Shown one piece after another: positions 9,649-19,507 of a stretch of 64,000 nucleotides of DNA. The translations under genes and the position numbers were made by a program. The DNA is taken from positions 6,644 to 70,643 of the forward strand of contig JBGAJW010000021.1 of NCBI GenBank assembly GCA_044224725.1, given 5' to 3'. The DNA is from Flavobacteriales bacterium. GTDB lineage: Bacteria; Bacteroidota; Bacteroidia; Flavobacteriales_F; PHOS-HE28. Every line of letters starts with the position of its first letter. Position 1 is the stretch's first letter. The notes under the pieces were generated by a model. It had not been told where the DNA came from, ran no database searches, and saw only the letters and a program-made list of their open reading frames with translations.

Positions 9649-10587
9649 ATGAACTACGGCATCGCGGTACACGGTGGGGCGGGCACCATCCCGAAGGAGG
9701 ATATGACGCCCGAGCGCGAGCAGGCCTATCGGGCCGGATTGGAGGATGCACTGCGGCGTGGACATCTGGTGCTGAAGGACGGAGGTTCCGCCCTCGATGC
9801 CGTCGAAGCCGCCGTGCGTGCGCTCGAGGATTGCCCGTTCTTCAACGCGGGCAAGGGCAGCGTCTTCAATGCGGATGGCCAGCACGAGATGGACGCCAGC
9901 ATCATGGAGGGGCATACGCTCAGAGCCGGAGCCGTTGCGGGCGTGGGCAACGTGAAGAACCCCGTGGGTCTCGCACGCCGCGTGATGGACAAAAGCCCGC
10001 ATGTGCTCATAAGCGGCATGGGAGCCTTCGAGTTCGCGCACCACGAAAAGGTCCTTCTGGAGGACGACGAGTACTTCTTCAACCAGTTCCGCTATGAACA
10101 GTGGCAACAAGTGGCTGGTACGGGCACCGTGCAATTGGACCACTCATCCGGTGGCACGCAGGACGGCAAGGGCAAGTTCGGTACGGTAGGGGCGGTGGCG
10201 CTGGACCAGCATGGGCATCTCGCGGCGGCGACCTCTACCGGCGGCATGACCAACAAGCGCTGGCAGCGGATCGGCGACAGCCCCATCATAGGTGCGGGCA
10301 CCTACGCGAATGACGGTACCTGTGCCGTGAGCTGTACGGGTCACGGCGAGAGCTTCATCCGGGCGGTGGCCGCTTACGATGTGAGCGCGCTCGTGGAGTA
10401 CAAGGGTCTTACTCTCGAACAGGCCGTAAGCGAAGTGGTCCATCGCAAACTCCCCCTGCTTGACGGTGATGGTGGCCTGATCGCCATCGATCGCAACGGC
10501 AACATCGTGCTGGACTTCAACTGCAGCGGCATGTACCGCGGGCAGTGCGGTGCGGACGGCATAGTGCACACGGCCATCTTCCGGTAG
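9649..10587 (+). CDS. iaaA: Isoaspartyl peptidase / L-asparaginase (Ntn hydrolase)
   Basis: Start MNYGIAVHGGAGT (ATG 9649). Autoprocessing/nucleophile context KFGTVGAVALD. Also STGGMTNK and GAGTYA motifs. Confidence 0.9.
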   Translation: MNYGIAVHGGAGTIPKEDMTPEREQAYRAGLEDALRRGHLVLKDGGSALDAVEAAVRALEDCPFFNAGKGSVFNADGQHEMDASIMEGHTLRAGAVAGVGNVKNPVGLARRVMDKSPHVLISGMGAFEFAHHEKVLLEDDEYFFNQFRYEQWQQVAGTGTVQLDHSSGGTQDGKGKFGTVGAVALDQHGHLAAATSTGGMTNKRWQRIGDSPIIGAGTYANDGTCAVSCTGHGESFIRAVAAYDVSALVEYKGLTLEQAVSEVVHRKLPLLDGDGGLIAIDRNGNIVLDFNCSGMYRGQCGADGIVHTAIFR

Positions 10588-10679
10588 GTCACGAACGACG
10601 AAGGGGAGACCCGCAGCCTGCTCTTGTGCTGACCGGGCTTTCGCTTCCGCGCTGGAACAATCGTCGTCAGCTTGTTTGA

Positions 10680-11069
10680 TCAAGCGGGTTTGCGGAAGAG
10701 GTAACGTGTGATGAAGATCCCGTTCTTCTCTCCGCTCTGTACGCCGGTCGTCACGTTGGTCAGTTCCCAGCCTTCGTTCGTCCACTGGTTGATATTGTCC
10801 ACGATCAGGCGGTCGTTGTTCGCGATGTTCTTGAAGTTGATGCCCACCATGCTGTAGAAGTTCTGCAGGTCCTTGCCGATCTCCTGGTCGCCTTCATCAC
10901 TGATGATGATGCGTGAACGGCCCATACCTCCGGGCACAACGCTCTCGATCGTGCTGAACTGGCGCCAGGTATACGCTTGAGGGGCCGAGGGGGGCCTGAA
11001 TCCGTAGAATACGACGAGACCTGCGGTCAGTGCGGCACCGACGATCAAAGAGCGGAAGTTGATTTCCAT
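10680..11069 (-). CDS. Hypothetical membrane-anchored protein
   Basis: 129-aa ORF with an N-terminal TM segment (SLIVGAALTAGLVVFYGF) and good codon bias. No family recognised with certainty. Confidence 0.55.
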   Translation of the reverse strand: MEINFRSLIVGAALTAGLVVFYGFRPPSAPQAYTWRQFSTIESVVPGGMGRSRIIISDEGDQEIGKDLQNFYSMVGINFKNIANNDRLIVDNINQWTNEGWELTNVTTGVQSGEKNGIFITRYLFRKPA

Positions 11070-11136
11070 GACAGGGAGTGTGTGTGGTTTTTCAGGGGTT
11101 GAATATCGACCTTCGTCACCTTACCTGAGAGACCCC

Positions 11137-11577
11137 ATGAGAAACATCATCACCTTGGCGGCCATCGTCTTCTGCTCAGCGCTCTCCGCTCAAACATTGG
11201 TTGAGATCACCAACGTGAAGGTCACGGAAAAGGGCCAGACCTCGGAAGGCGCTAACTTCACATTCAACCCCAAAGGCCAACTCAACAATGCCGAAGGCGC
11301 CGATCGGGCGGTCATCTATGAGCAAGGCGACGTACGTGTGAAGCTGTGGTGCAAGATCAGTACGCACCATTCACGGCGGAGCAGCCTGAAGGACAGCGCG
11401 GTGAACATGATCTATGAGATCGACATGAAGGCGGGCGATGACAAGGACAACAAGCGTTTGGAGAAGATCTTCTACCTCGATCAGGCCCGCAAGACCTCTG
11501 TCACCCAGAAGTTCAATTTCAAGCACGGCATTACCATGCGGGTGATCACGCTCCAGTTCGACGCGGAGATCAAGTAG
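11137..11577 (+). CDS. Hypothetical secreted protein
   Basis: Start MRNIITLAAIVFCSALSAQ (signal peptide, ATG 11137) inside ORF 11059..11577. Confidence 0.55.
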   Translation: MRNIITLAAIVFCSALSAQTLVEITNVKVTEKGQTSEGANFTFNPKGQLNNAEGADRAVIYEQGDVRVKLWCKISTHHSRRSSLKDSAVNMIYEIDMKAGDDKDNKRLEKIFYLDQARKTSVTQKFNFKHGITMRVITLQFDAEIK

Positions 11578-11774
11578 TCCGGCCAACTTCGGGTCTTCGG
11601 AACCCGTGCGGTCCTTCGGGATGTCCTCACGATGCGTGGGCCATTCTCCACCATTCGTCGATCGGTACCTGCCGTATCCCGTTCCATTGGATCCCTTTAA
11701 CAGGGATCGGCAGCGTACGGACAAGGCGTCAGCGTCTTTACTGTCGGCACGGTTACTGACCGGCCACCCTTACC

Positions 11775-12254
11775 ATGAACAAGCCTTTGGACCCCGAGAC
11801 CAACGTGATGCGTACCCTGCTGGTGGATGCGCCCCCGGAGGTCATCTGGAAAGCCCTCACCGATCCGAACATCACCCGCCTGTACACCAGCACGGCTATT
11901 TCGCAAGACCTGAAGACGGGCAGTCCCATCCAGTGGTTTTCACGCGAGGACGACAGCACACGCCAAGTCGTAGCGAAAGGCACCGTGTTGGCACTCGTGC
12001 CGAATGAGCGACTCCGGTACACCAACTACAGCGTGGGGAGTGATCTCCCCGATGAACCGGCAAGCCACACCACGGTGGACGTCCACTTGGAACCCGAACC
12101 CGATGGCCGAACTCGGGTGGACCTTTGGGTAGGCGACTTCGCCGGTCTGCCCAATGCCGTGCGCCGGGCGCGCGAGGCGGGCAAGGTGTGGGTGGAAGCC
12201 CTCGTCGGCTTGAAGCGGGAATCCGAGGAGCAGGCGCGCGCCATGGCGGCTTGA
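11775..12254 (+). CDS. SRPBCC (AHSA1/START-like) domain protein
   Basis: 159 aa. MRTLLVDAPPEVIWKALTDPNITRLY... is the typical N-terminus of Aha1-like SRPBCC proteins. Confidence 0.75.
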   Translation: MNKPLDPETNVMRTLLVDAPPEVIWKALTDPNITRLYTSTAISQDLKTGSPIQWFSREDDSTRQVVAKGTVLALVPNERLRYTNYSVGSDLPDEPASHTTVDVHLEPEPDGRTRVDLWVGDFAGLPNAVRRAREAGKVWVEALVGLKRESEEQARAMAA

Positions 12255-12382
12255 TGTGCTGATCGGCCCCGCGTGGAGCGTTCCGTCAGGTGCCTGCGCC
12301 GTTCATCAACCCTTCGTTACGGTGAAGACGTGAGCATCATCTTTGTGCGACCAAACCAACACGTCCCGCACAGGGATACACC

Positions 12383-12976
12383 ATGAAACGTTCGCTCATC
12401 GTGCCGCTCGTCCTCGTCGGCATCGTCGCGCTCATCGGCTTCTGGGCCATGGGTTTCCAGCGTTCAACGACCAGCCTCAACGAAGGCGTGGCAGAACAAT
12501 GGGCCAATGTGGAGAACGCCTACCAGCTCCGTGCGGACAAGACCAAGAACCTGGTGGAGATCGTGAAGGGTGCGGCTGACTTCGAGAAGACGACGCTTAC
12601 CGATGTGATCGAGGCGCGGGCCAAGGCAACCAGCATCCAGTTGAAGGTCGACGATCTGTCGCCGGAGAAGATCGCGGAATTCGAGGCGGCCCAGGCCAAG
12701 CTCGGCGGGGCGCTCAGTCGCTTGCTCGTTGCGGTGGAGCAATACCCGAACCTGAAGGCCACGGACGCCTTCCGCGATCTGCAGGCGCAGTATGAGGGCA
12801 TGGAGAACCGCATCGGCGTGGAGCGCCGCAAATACAACGAGGTCGCCCGTACCTTCAACACGAAGATCAAGCAGTTCCCCGGCAACATGCTCGCAGGCAT
12901 GTTCGGCTTCAGTGAGAAGGGCTACTTCAAGGCCCAGGAAGGAACGGAGAACGCTCCTGACATCAGTTTCAAGTGA
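12383..12976 (+). CDS. lemA: LemA family protein
   Basis: N-terminal TM segment, then WANVENAYQLRADKTKNLVEIVKG...VEQYPNLKATDAFRDLQAQYEGMENRIGVERRKYNEVARTFNTKIKQFPGNM, a near-canonical LemA sequence. Confidence 0.9.
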   Translation: MKRSLIVPLVLVGIVALIGFWAMGFQRSTTSLNEGVAEQWANVENAYQLRADKTKNLVEIVKGAADFEKTTLTDVIEARAKATSIQLKVDDLSPEKIAEFEAAQAKLGGALSRLLVAVEQYPNLKATDAFRDLQAQYEGMENRIGVERRKYNEVARTFNTKIKQFPGNMLAGMFGFSEKGYFKAQEGTENAPDISFK

Positions 12977-13419
12977 ACCCGCTTTCCGCTGAGGAACTGC
13001 TTTCCCGGGCCGAGCTGGAGCGCGTGCGCGAAGCCGTACGCAAAGCCGAGGCCCGCACCAGCGGGGAGATCCGTGTGCACCTGGACGATACCATCGTGGA
13101 CGACGTGCTCGATCATGCCGCTTTCGTGTTCGAAGAACTAGGCATGCATCGCACACGGGACCGTAACGGTGTGCTCATCTTCGTCAGTGTGGCCCAGCGT
13201 AGGGCCGCGGTGATCGGTGACATCGGTATCCACGAGAAGCTGCCCCACGGCTTCTGGAATGACACCTTGGCCGTTATCCTCGAACAGTTCAAGGCCGAAC
13301 ACTATTGTGAGGGCTTGTGCGCGGGGGTGGAGCGGTTGGGCGAACAACTGCGCACCCACTTCCCCCGGATGCGCGACGACCGCAATGAACTGAGCGACGA
13401 GGTCAGTATCAATCGATGA
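12973..13419 (+). CDS. TPM domain protein (TLP18.3/Psb32/MOLO-1 phosphatase-like)
   Basis: The GTG start overlaps the LemA stop (AAGTGA). SGEIRVHLDD...RNGVLIFVSVAQRRAAVIGDIGIHEKL is TPM-like. Confidence 0.8.
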   Translation: MNPLSAEELLSRAELERVREAVRKAEARTSGEIRVHLDDTIVDDVLDHAAFVFEELGMHRTRDRNGVLIFVSVAQRRAAVIGDIGIHEKLPHGFWNDTLAVILEQFKAEHYCEGLCAGVERLGEQLRTHFPRMRDDRNELSDEVSINR

Positions 13420-14225
13420 AGCGCGCGCTCCTTTTCCTTCTGGCCGCATGGCCGCTGGTCGCGTTCACCGCTGCGGACCCCTGTCTGCCGCCCAAGCCGT
13501 CCAACGAGGACCACTTGGTCTTTCAGTTCACCGACTTCCTCAGTGACTTCGATGCGGACCGGCTTGATGCCAAACTCGTCCGTTTCGCACAGGAATCCAG
13601 CAACCGCATCGCCGTGGTGGTCGTGGACGATCTGTGCGGCCAGAACGCGAGCGACTTCGCCTTCGAACTGGGCGAGAGTTGGGGCATTGGTGGCAAGCAC
13701 GACAATGGTGTCCTCGTCCTGGTGAAGCCGACCGGCACTCCTGGCGAGCGGAAGGTGTTCATCGCTACCGGCTATGGTCTTGAAGGCGCGATCCCGGACG
13801 CATTGTGCAAGCGCATCGTGGAAGAGGAGATCATTCCACGCTTCAAGCAGCAGGCGTTCTATGAAGGGCTGGACAACGGTACCGATGTGCTGATGAAGCT
13901 CGCTAAAGGCGAGATCAACGAAGAGAGCTACGGCAGCGGATCCTCTCCGCTCACCGGGCTGCTCATCTTCGGTGCGGTCCTGCTCATCATCATCATCGCG
14001 GTCGTGTCGCAGCGCAACAAAGTGAAGCGCTACGCCACCACCAACGGCATCGACTTCTGGAGCGCTTGGTGGTTGCTGAACCAGGCTTCGCGGAGCCATC
14101 GCGGCAGCTGGGGCGGTTTCACCGGAGGTGGCGGCGGTGGCTGGAGCGGTGGCGGAGGAGGGGGAGGTTTCGGTGGCTTCGGTGGTGGATCCTTCGGTGG
14201 GGGGGGGGCAGGCGGTAGCTGGTAA
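13416..14225 (+). CDS. TPM domain protein (YgcG-like) with TM segment and Gly-rich tail
   Basis: ATGA overlap with the previous gene. Signal peptide. NRIAVVVVDDL...DNGVLVLVKP...ATGYGLEGAIPD. TM segment LLIFGAVLLIIIIAVV. Tail GGGGGGWSGGGGGGGFGGFGGGSFGGGGAGGSW. Confidence 0.85.
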   Translation: MKRALLFLLAAWPLVAFTAADPCLPPKPSNEDHLVFQFTDFLSDFDADRLDAKLVRFAQESSNRIAVVVVDDLCGQNASDFAFELGESWGIGGKHDNGVLVLVKPTGTPGERKVFIATGYGLEGAIPDALCKRIVEEEIIPRFKQQAFYEGLDNGTDVLMKLAKGEINEESYGSGSSPLTGLLIFGAVLLIIIIAVVSQRNKVKRYATTNGIDFWSAWWLLNQASRSHRGSWGGFTGGGGGGWSGGGGGGGFGGFGGGSFGGGGAGGSW

Positions 14226-14228
14226 GGC

Positions 14229-15002
14229 ATGGGCTACGGAAAGTGGATCTTCGGAAGTCTCGGCTTCGCGCTCACGGGACCTCTCGGTGGGGTGATCGGC
14301 TTCGCGCTGGGCTCGCTCATTGACGGGGCCACGGACCTGCAGCAACGTAACGGCGCGCGCCCCTCCGGCCAGCGTTCGACCAGCGGCCCGCAGAGCGGCC
14401 GCACCCAGCACGCCACGGCGGGTGACGTCGCCATGAGCTTGGTCGTTCTCACGGCCGCGGTGATGAAGGCCGATGGCCAGGCCACCCAACGTGAGCTGGG
14501 CCACGCGCGCACTTTCTTCAACCGGCAGTTCGGACCGCAGCATGCCGCCGAGCTCTTGCGCTTGCTCCGTGACATGCTCCAACGCACCATCCCGCTGAAG
14601 GAGGTCTGTGAGCAGATGCGCGCCCACCTCGCCCATGCGGAGCGCCTGCAGTTGCTGCACTACCTCATCGGGCTCGCGCATGCGGACGGCTCCTTGGACC
14701 GCGCCGAGAAGCAGGTGATCCAGGACATCGCGTTCTACTTCGGTGTTTCGGAGAAGGACCTCGCTTCCCTGCACGCGATGTTCGGTGTACGCGTTACAAC
14801 GAACTCGGCCTATGCCGTGCTTGAAGTGGACGCCAAGGCCAGCAACGATGAAGTGAAGAAGGCCTACCGCCGGATGGTGGTGAAGCATCACCCGGACAAA
14901 GTGGCCCACTTGGGCGAGCAGTTCCAGAAGGACGCCGCGGAGAAGTTCCGCAAGGTGCAAGAGGCCTATGATCGGATACGCGAAGAGCGCGGCATGGCAT
15001 AG
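14229..15002 (+). CDS. djlA: DjlA-like co-chaperone: N-terminal Gly-zipper TM, TerB-like domain, C-terminal J domain
   Basis: Starts 3 nt after the TPM stop. J domain AYAVLEVDAKASNDEVKKAYRRMVVKHHPDKV (HPD). The central region LQLLHYLIGLAHADGSLDRAEKQVIQDIA is TerB-like. Confidence 0.85.
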   Translation: MGYGKWIFGSLGFALTGPLGGVIGFALGSLIDGATDLQQRNGARPSGQRSTSGPQSGRTQHATAGDVAMSLVVLTAAVMKADGQATQRELGHARTFFNRQFGPQHAAELLRLLRDMLQRTIPLKEVCEQMRAHLAHAERLQLLHYLIGLAHADGSLDRAEKQVIQDIAFYFGVSEKDLASLHAMFGVRVTTNSAYAVLEVDAKASNDEVKKAYRRMVVKHHPDKVAHLGEQFQKDAAEKFRKVQEAYDRIREERGMA

Positions 15003-15040
15003 CGCCGATCACGACATTTGCGGGTGAGCGCACCATCCGC

Positions 15041-16426
15041 ATGCTGAAAAAGTACCTGGACTCCCTTCATGAGCTGGTCGACCCACGGCCGCTCGCGCTA
15101 TTCCGCATCGTGTTCGGCGCGGCCATTCTCTACCAGATGGTCCACTACATGGGCAGCGGGCTCATCGAGAGCGGCCTGCTCGCACCGAAGATGCTCTTCA
15201 AGTACGAGGGCTTCGGATGGGTGCAGCCTTTCGGGGCGGGGGCCATGCACCTGCTGCTGATGCTCTTGGCCCTCAGCGCTGTCGCCCTCATACTCGGTCT
15301 GTACTCCCGTGCCGCAGCGGCCTTTTTCGGCGTCGGGTTCCTTTACATCCTGCTGCTGGAGAAGTCGCTCTTCAACAACCACCTCTACCTGTTCTGTCTG
15401 CTCGGGATCCTGTTCGCGTTCATGCCGGCCGACAACGCATGGAGCGTGGGACGTTTTTTCTCCAAGAAGGAACAGGACGAAGTGCGCGTGCCCCGTTGGA
15501 CGATACTCCTGCTGCGTGCCCAGTTCTTCATCGTCTACTTCTATGGGGGGGTCGCCAAGCTCAACCCCGATTGGCTGCTCCACCAGGAACCCATGCGCAC
15601 CGTACTGCGCTATTTCGTGGAACGGCATCCTGCTTTTGGCTTCATGGGAGCGTCCGCTCCCGTTTACCTGTTCACCTATGGCAGCTTGGTGTTCGATCTG
15701 TCCATCGGCTTTCTGTTGCAGTGGCGGCAGGCACGCTGGTGGGCCTTGCTGGGCGTTCTTTTCTTCAACGTCACCAACCACTTCCTGTTCAACGATATCG
15801 GCGTTTTCCCGTTCGTGATGCTGTGCGCCACACTGCTGTTCTTTCCACCGGAGGAAGTGGCCGCTTTCCTCGATAAGCGCGGCTTGCGCTTGAATGTCCA
15901 GGGCAAACGCAAGCGCTCCGAGCTGCCTTCGCACGAGCCGACCGGACGTTGGTTCCCGGTGCGGGCGCTGATCGGGGCGTACATGACCTTCCAACTGCTC
16001 TTCCCTCTGCGATGGATCTTCCTGCCCGGCAATGTGGATTGGACCAGCGTGGGCCTACGCTTCAGCTGGCGGATGAAATCGACCGTGCGCGAAGTGGACA
16101 CGTTGAAATTCCTGGTCACAAACGACAAGGGCGAGCACGGTGAGGTCGGGGCGAACACCTACCTGAATACCCTGCAACTGGAAGTGCTGCCGCGCGATCC
16201 CCGCATGGTCATCGACTTCGCACGCTTCGCGCTGGCCGACATGAAGAAGCGGGGCCTTCCTGCCGACCACATCCCAACGGACATCGTGGTGCGCTTCAAT
16301 GGAAGGCAGCCGCAGCCGTTGTTCCCGCCAGGACTGGACGTGGCTGCGCTCAGGCCAGAGAGCGATCCGTGGGAGAAGTGGATGCCGGTTCTGAGGGAGA
16401 ACTGGGCAGTTGCCAGGGGGCAGTAG
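15041..16426 (+). CDS. HTTM domain protein (vitamin-K-dependent gamma-carboxylase-like membrane protein)
   Basis: 461 aa. N-terminus DPRPLALFRIVFGAAILYQMVHY and multiple TM segments, ...LLRAQFFIVYFYGGVAKLNPDWL, typical of HTTM. Confidence 0.85.
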   Translation: MLKKYLDSLHELVDPRPLALFRIVFGAAILYQMVHYMGSGLIESGLLAPKMLFKYEGFGWVQPFGAGAMHLLLMLLALSAVALILGLYSRAAAAFFGVGFLYILLLEKSLFNNHLYLFCLLGILFAFMPADNAWSVGRFFSKKEQDEVRVPRWTILLLRAQFFIVYFYGGVAKLNPDWLLHQEPMRTVLRYFVERHPAFGFMGASAPVYLFTYGSLVFDLSIGFLLQWRQARWWALLGVLFFNVTNHFLFNDIGVFPFVMLCATLLFFPPEEVAAFLDKRGLRLNVQGKRKRSELPSHEPTGRWFPVRALIGAYMTFQLLFPLRWIFLPGNVDWTSVGLRFSWRMKSTVREVDTLKFLVTNDKGEHGEVGANTYLNTLQLEVLPRDPRMVIDFARFALADMKKRGLPADHIPTDIVVRFNGRQPQPLFPPGLDVAALRPESDPWEKWMPVLRENWAVARGQ

Positions 16427-16485
16427 CGGAGGCGGTCGGCAACAGGCATTCACCGCCACTGCCTGCTGCCGCTTCCAACTCGTGT

Positions 16486-18453
16486 TCACACGCCTTTCCC
16501 GACCCGTTTCAGTGGCAGCTCCCTGCGCTGCTGGATCACCAAGGGCATCTGCTCCACAACGGTCAGGTTGGGATCCAGTCCGAAGGCTTCGCGGTCGCTC
16601 AAGGCCACACGCTTCAGGGCGAAGTAGGCGTCGAGGATAAGGTCGTCGCGCAAGGTGAACTCGTTCTCCACGCTGAGGATGCGCTCGGTGAGGATGTAGC
16701 AGATATCCGTGTGGAAGTCGCCCTTCTTGATGCTCTCGTACTTGCTGCGGAACTCGAGTTCGTGATCGTCGCCCATCTCCTCCAATACCCGTTTGAACAG
16801 CATATTGATGCGTGGTTGTATGCGGAAGCCCAGATCGAAGTCCACGCGGATCACCTTGTCATCGAGCAGCTCCTTCACGCGGTACTCCATCGTGTAGGGC
16901 TCGTCCGTGTAGTTCACATGCACGAACCAGTAGATGTCCGCGCGTTTCACCTTTTTGGCCAGGATGCTGTCGATCACCTGTTTCTCCACGTTCGTGGGCC
17001 GGTCCGCTTTGGTCAGGTACACCAGGTGCGTGGCATACTTCGGGATCTCTTTGTCGTCGCTCAGGTCGCGCAGGGCTTGGGCGTATTTGGTCAGCTGAAC
17101 GAACTCGAGGAAGCGGTTGGTGATCTTGCGTGCACGGAACCAGATGAACATGACGGCTACCAGCGAAAGCACGCTGAACACGAACCACGGACGCTGGATG
17201 ATCTTGGCCGTGTTCGCCACGAAATAGGCCGCCTCCACACTGAAGAAGACGCCCATCACCGGCAGGACCAGCCACAAGGGCCACTTCCGAACGTAGTGCA
17301 GGTACCCGTACATCAGTGTACTGGTCATGATCATCGCCACGGTGATGAAGAAGCCGTAAGCCGCCTCCATGTGGCCGCTTTCCTGGAAGTAGAGCATTAC
17401 GCCCACGCACCCCGTCCAGAGGAGCCAATTCACACTGGGGATGTAGATCTGCCCGCGCACCTCGGTAGGGAACTTCACCCGTACGCGCGGCCAGAAATTC
17501 AATTGGATGGCTTCACTGATGAGCGTGAACGAACCACTGATGAGCGCTTGGCTCGCGATGATCGCCGCCAGGGTGGCCACCACGACCCCAGCGAGCAGGA
17601 ACCATGGCGGCATCAGTTCATAGAACGGGTTGCGTTCGCCCAGGAGCGGATCGCCCTGCGTCAGAAGCCAGGCTCCCTGGCCCATATAGTTGATGATGAG
17701 CGCGACCTTCACATAGATCCAACTGAACTGGATGTTCTTCCGGCCACAATGGCCCAGGTCGCTGTACAGTGCCTCAGCACCCGTCGTGCAGAGGAACACA
17801 GCCCCCAGGAGCCAGAACCCGTGCGGGTAGTTCACCAATAGGTCGTACGCGTAGTAGGGGTGCAGGCAGAGGAGAACATGCGGGAATCGGATGATACTGG
17901 CGAGCCCCAGCACCAGCAGCATCGTGAACCAGATAAGCATCATCGGTCCGAATGCGAATCCCACCACCTTCGTGCCGAACCGCTGGAAGAAGAACAACAA
18001 GGACAGGATGATGACGACGATGGTGATGGTCATCCTTCCTCCCGGTACGATCACGGCTGCAAAGGCCTTTACCCCGCCCAGGCCTTCCACTGCGGAAGCC
18101 ACTGAGATCGGCGGGGTGATGATGCCGTCAGCGAGCAATGTCGCCGCACCGAGTATCGTGGGCAAGTAGACCCATCTGCCGTAGCGGCGTACCAGTGCAT
18201 AAAGTGAGAAGATCCCGCCCTCTCCGCGGTTGTCCGCATGCAGCGTTAGCAGGATGTACTTGCAGGTGGTCTGTAGCGTCAGGGTCCAGAAGACACAACT
18301 GATCGCGCCGAACACCAGCTGTTCGGTGATCTCACGTGCGCCGATAATGGCCTTGAACACATATAGCGGTGAGGTACCGATGTCACCATAAATGATCCCC
18401 AGTGTAACCAGCAATCCCGCCCAAGAGAGCGGGTGGGAGGAGTGCTTGCTCAT
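16486..18453 (-). CDS. kup: KUP/HAK/KT family potassium transporter
   Basis: Start MSKHSSHPLSWAGLLVTLGIIYGDIGTSPLYVFKAI (CAT 18451-18453). The GDIGTSPLY signature, 12 TM segments and a cytoplasmic C-domain. Confidence 0.92.
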   Translation of the reverse strand: MSKHSSHPLSWAGLLVTLGIIYGDIGTSPLYVFKAIIGAREITEQLVFGAISCVFWTLTLQTTCKYILLTLHADNRGEGGIFSLYALVRRYGRWVYLPTILGAATLLADGIITPPISVASAVEGLGGVKAFAAVIVPGGRMTITIVVIILSLLFFFQRFGTKVVGFAFGPMMLIWFTMLLVLGLASIIRFPHVLLCLHPYYAYDLLVNYPHGFWLLGAVFLCTTGAEALYSDLGHCGRKNIQFSWIYVKVALIINYMGQGAWLLTQGDPLLGERNPFYELMPPWFLLAGVVVATLAAIIASQALISGSFTLISEAIQLNFWPRVRVKFPTEVRGQIYIPSVNWLLWTGCVGVMLYFQESGHMEAAYGFFITVAMIMTSTLMYGYLHYVRKWPLWLVLPVMGVFFSVEAAYFVANTAKIIQRPWFVFSVLSLVAVMFIWFRARKITNRFLEFVQLTKYAQALRDLSDDKEIPKYATHLVYLTKADRPTNVEKQVIDSILAKKVKRADIYWFVHVNYTDEPYTMEYRVKELLDDKVIRVDFDLGFRIQPRINMLFKRVLEEMGDDHELEFRSKYESIKKGDFHTDICYILTERILSVENEFTLRDDLILDAYFALKRVALSDREAFGLDPNLTVVEQMPLVIQQRRELPLKRVGKGV

Positions 18454-18673
18454 CGCGTGCGCGGAAAATGAAAACAAGGGCAAGGAACAGCGCGCACAGG
18501 AGGAAGGGGTTGGCTGTTCGGATGGAAGCACTTCAGACAGTGCTTCATGGGTCGAATTAACACAGTCGGCGGCGATCGGTGCAAATCATCGGTGGAACGG
18601 TGTCCCCGCGCGCACGACCGGTCAGCATCGGCCGTACGGCGCGTGGTAGCTTTCGGTCCTTGTCTCCCTTGTC

Positions 18674-19507
18674 ATGAAACCCCTCACCATCGCCGTTCCC
18701 CTTCTCATCGGACTCATCTGTTCCGCTCAGACCTTCGCCTCTGAAGGCGCCGCCGGTCCGGACCAGTCCATTTGCGGCACCGCGGCCGCGCTGGCAGCGG
18801 ATCCGCTGGCCTCCGGTGAATCCGGCTCATGGTCCGTGGTGAGCGGAACTGCGGTCTTTGCCGATCAGACCAACCCACTTACACAGGTCACCGGACTTGC
18901 TCTTGGGGACAATGTGCTGCGGTGGACCCTCGTCAGCAATGGCTTGCCAGAAGTCGATGAAGTGGTCATCACCGTGTTCGATCCGGCCGCTACTATAGCC
19001 CTAGCGGGACCGGACAGTGTGCTGTGCCTGCCGATCGACACGATGCATCTGGTGGCCCAGCCCCCTTCACTGCCGGCGATCGGCTCTTGGTCCTCGGTGG
19101 GCATCGCGCTGGTCGATGTTTTCACCGATCCGCATTCTTTCGTTGAATTCCCCTCGGGCGGGACCGCACAGATGATCTGGACGGTATTCAATGGGACCTG
19201 TGGCCAAGTTTCGGATACGGCCATCATCAACGTGCAAGCGTGCATCATCGGTGTGGAGGAGCAGCCCACGCAGGCGGGTGTGATCCTGTTGTTCGATGCC
19301 GCTTCCCGGACGCTGTTGCTGAGGAATGTGCCAGCAAGTGCTCGAGCTGAGATCATCGACCAGGCCGGACGTAGCGTGATGAGCCATACTGTAAGGGCTT
19401 CGGCTGAAGCCCGCGTTCCGCTGACCGGGTTACGACCAGGTACTTATCTGGTCCAGGTCATTGCTGAAGGCGCCAAACACGTGTTGCGCATCGCGATCGA
19501 CCGCTGA
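18674..19507 (+). CDS. Secreted protein with type-A T9SS C-terminal sorting domain
   Basis: Signal peptide MKPLTIAVPLLIGLICSAQ. C-terminal about 75 aa (LLFDAASRTLLLRNVP...GTYLVQVIAEGAKHVLRIAIDR) fits the Por-secretion-tail pattern. Confidence 0.7.
   Translation: MKPLTIAVPLLIGLICSAQTFASEGAAGPDQSICGTAAALAADPLASGESGSWSVVSGTAVFADQTNPLTQVTGLALGDNVLRWTLVSNGLPEVDEVVITVFDPAATIALAGPDSVLCLPIDTMHLVAQPPSLPAIGSWSSVGIALVDVFTDPHSFVEFPSGGTAQMIWTVFNGTCGQVSDTAIINVQACIIGVEEQPTQAGVILLFDAASRTLLLRNVPASARAEIIDQAGRSVMSHTVRASAEARVPLTGLRPGTYLVQVIAEGAKHVLRIAIDR

Noticed and set aside
13302-14960. 552-aa minus-strand ORF
   Set aside because: It is antisense to the TPM and DjlA genes, which have clear family motifs. 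Its sequence is Arg/Gly/His/Ala-rich low-complexity, typical of a high-GC shadow ORF.
16369-17841. 490-aa plus-strand ORF
   Set aside because: It is antisense to kup. It is His/Asp/Glu/Val-rich with no motifs, so it is a shadow ORF.
18454-18673. Riboswitch (for example cyclic-di-AMP type) in the kup leader
   Set aside because: I could not recognise any conserved riboswitch core by eye. Only a generic 7-bp hairpin is present. A covariance-model scan would be needed.
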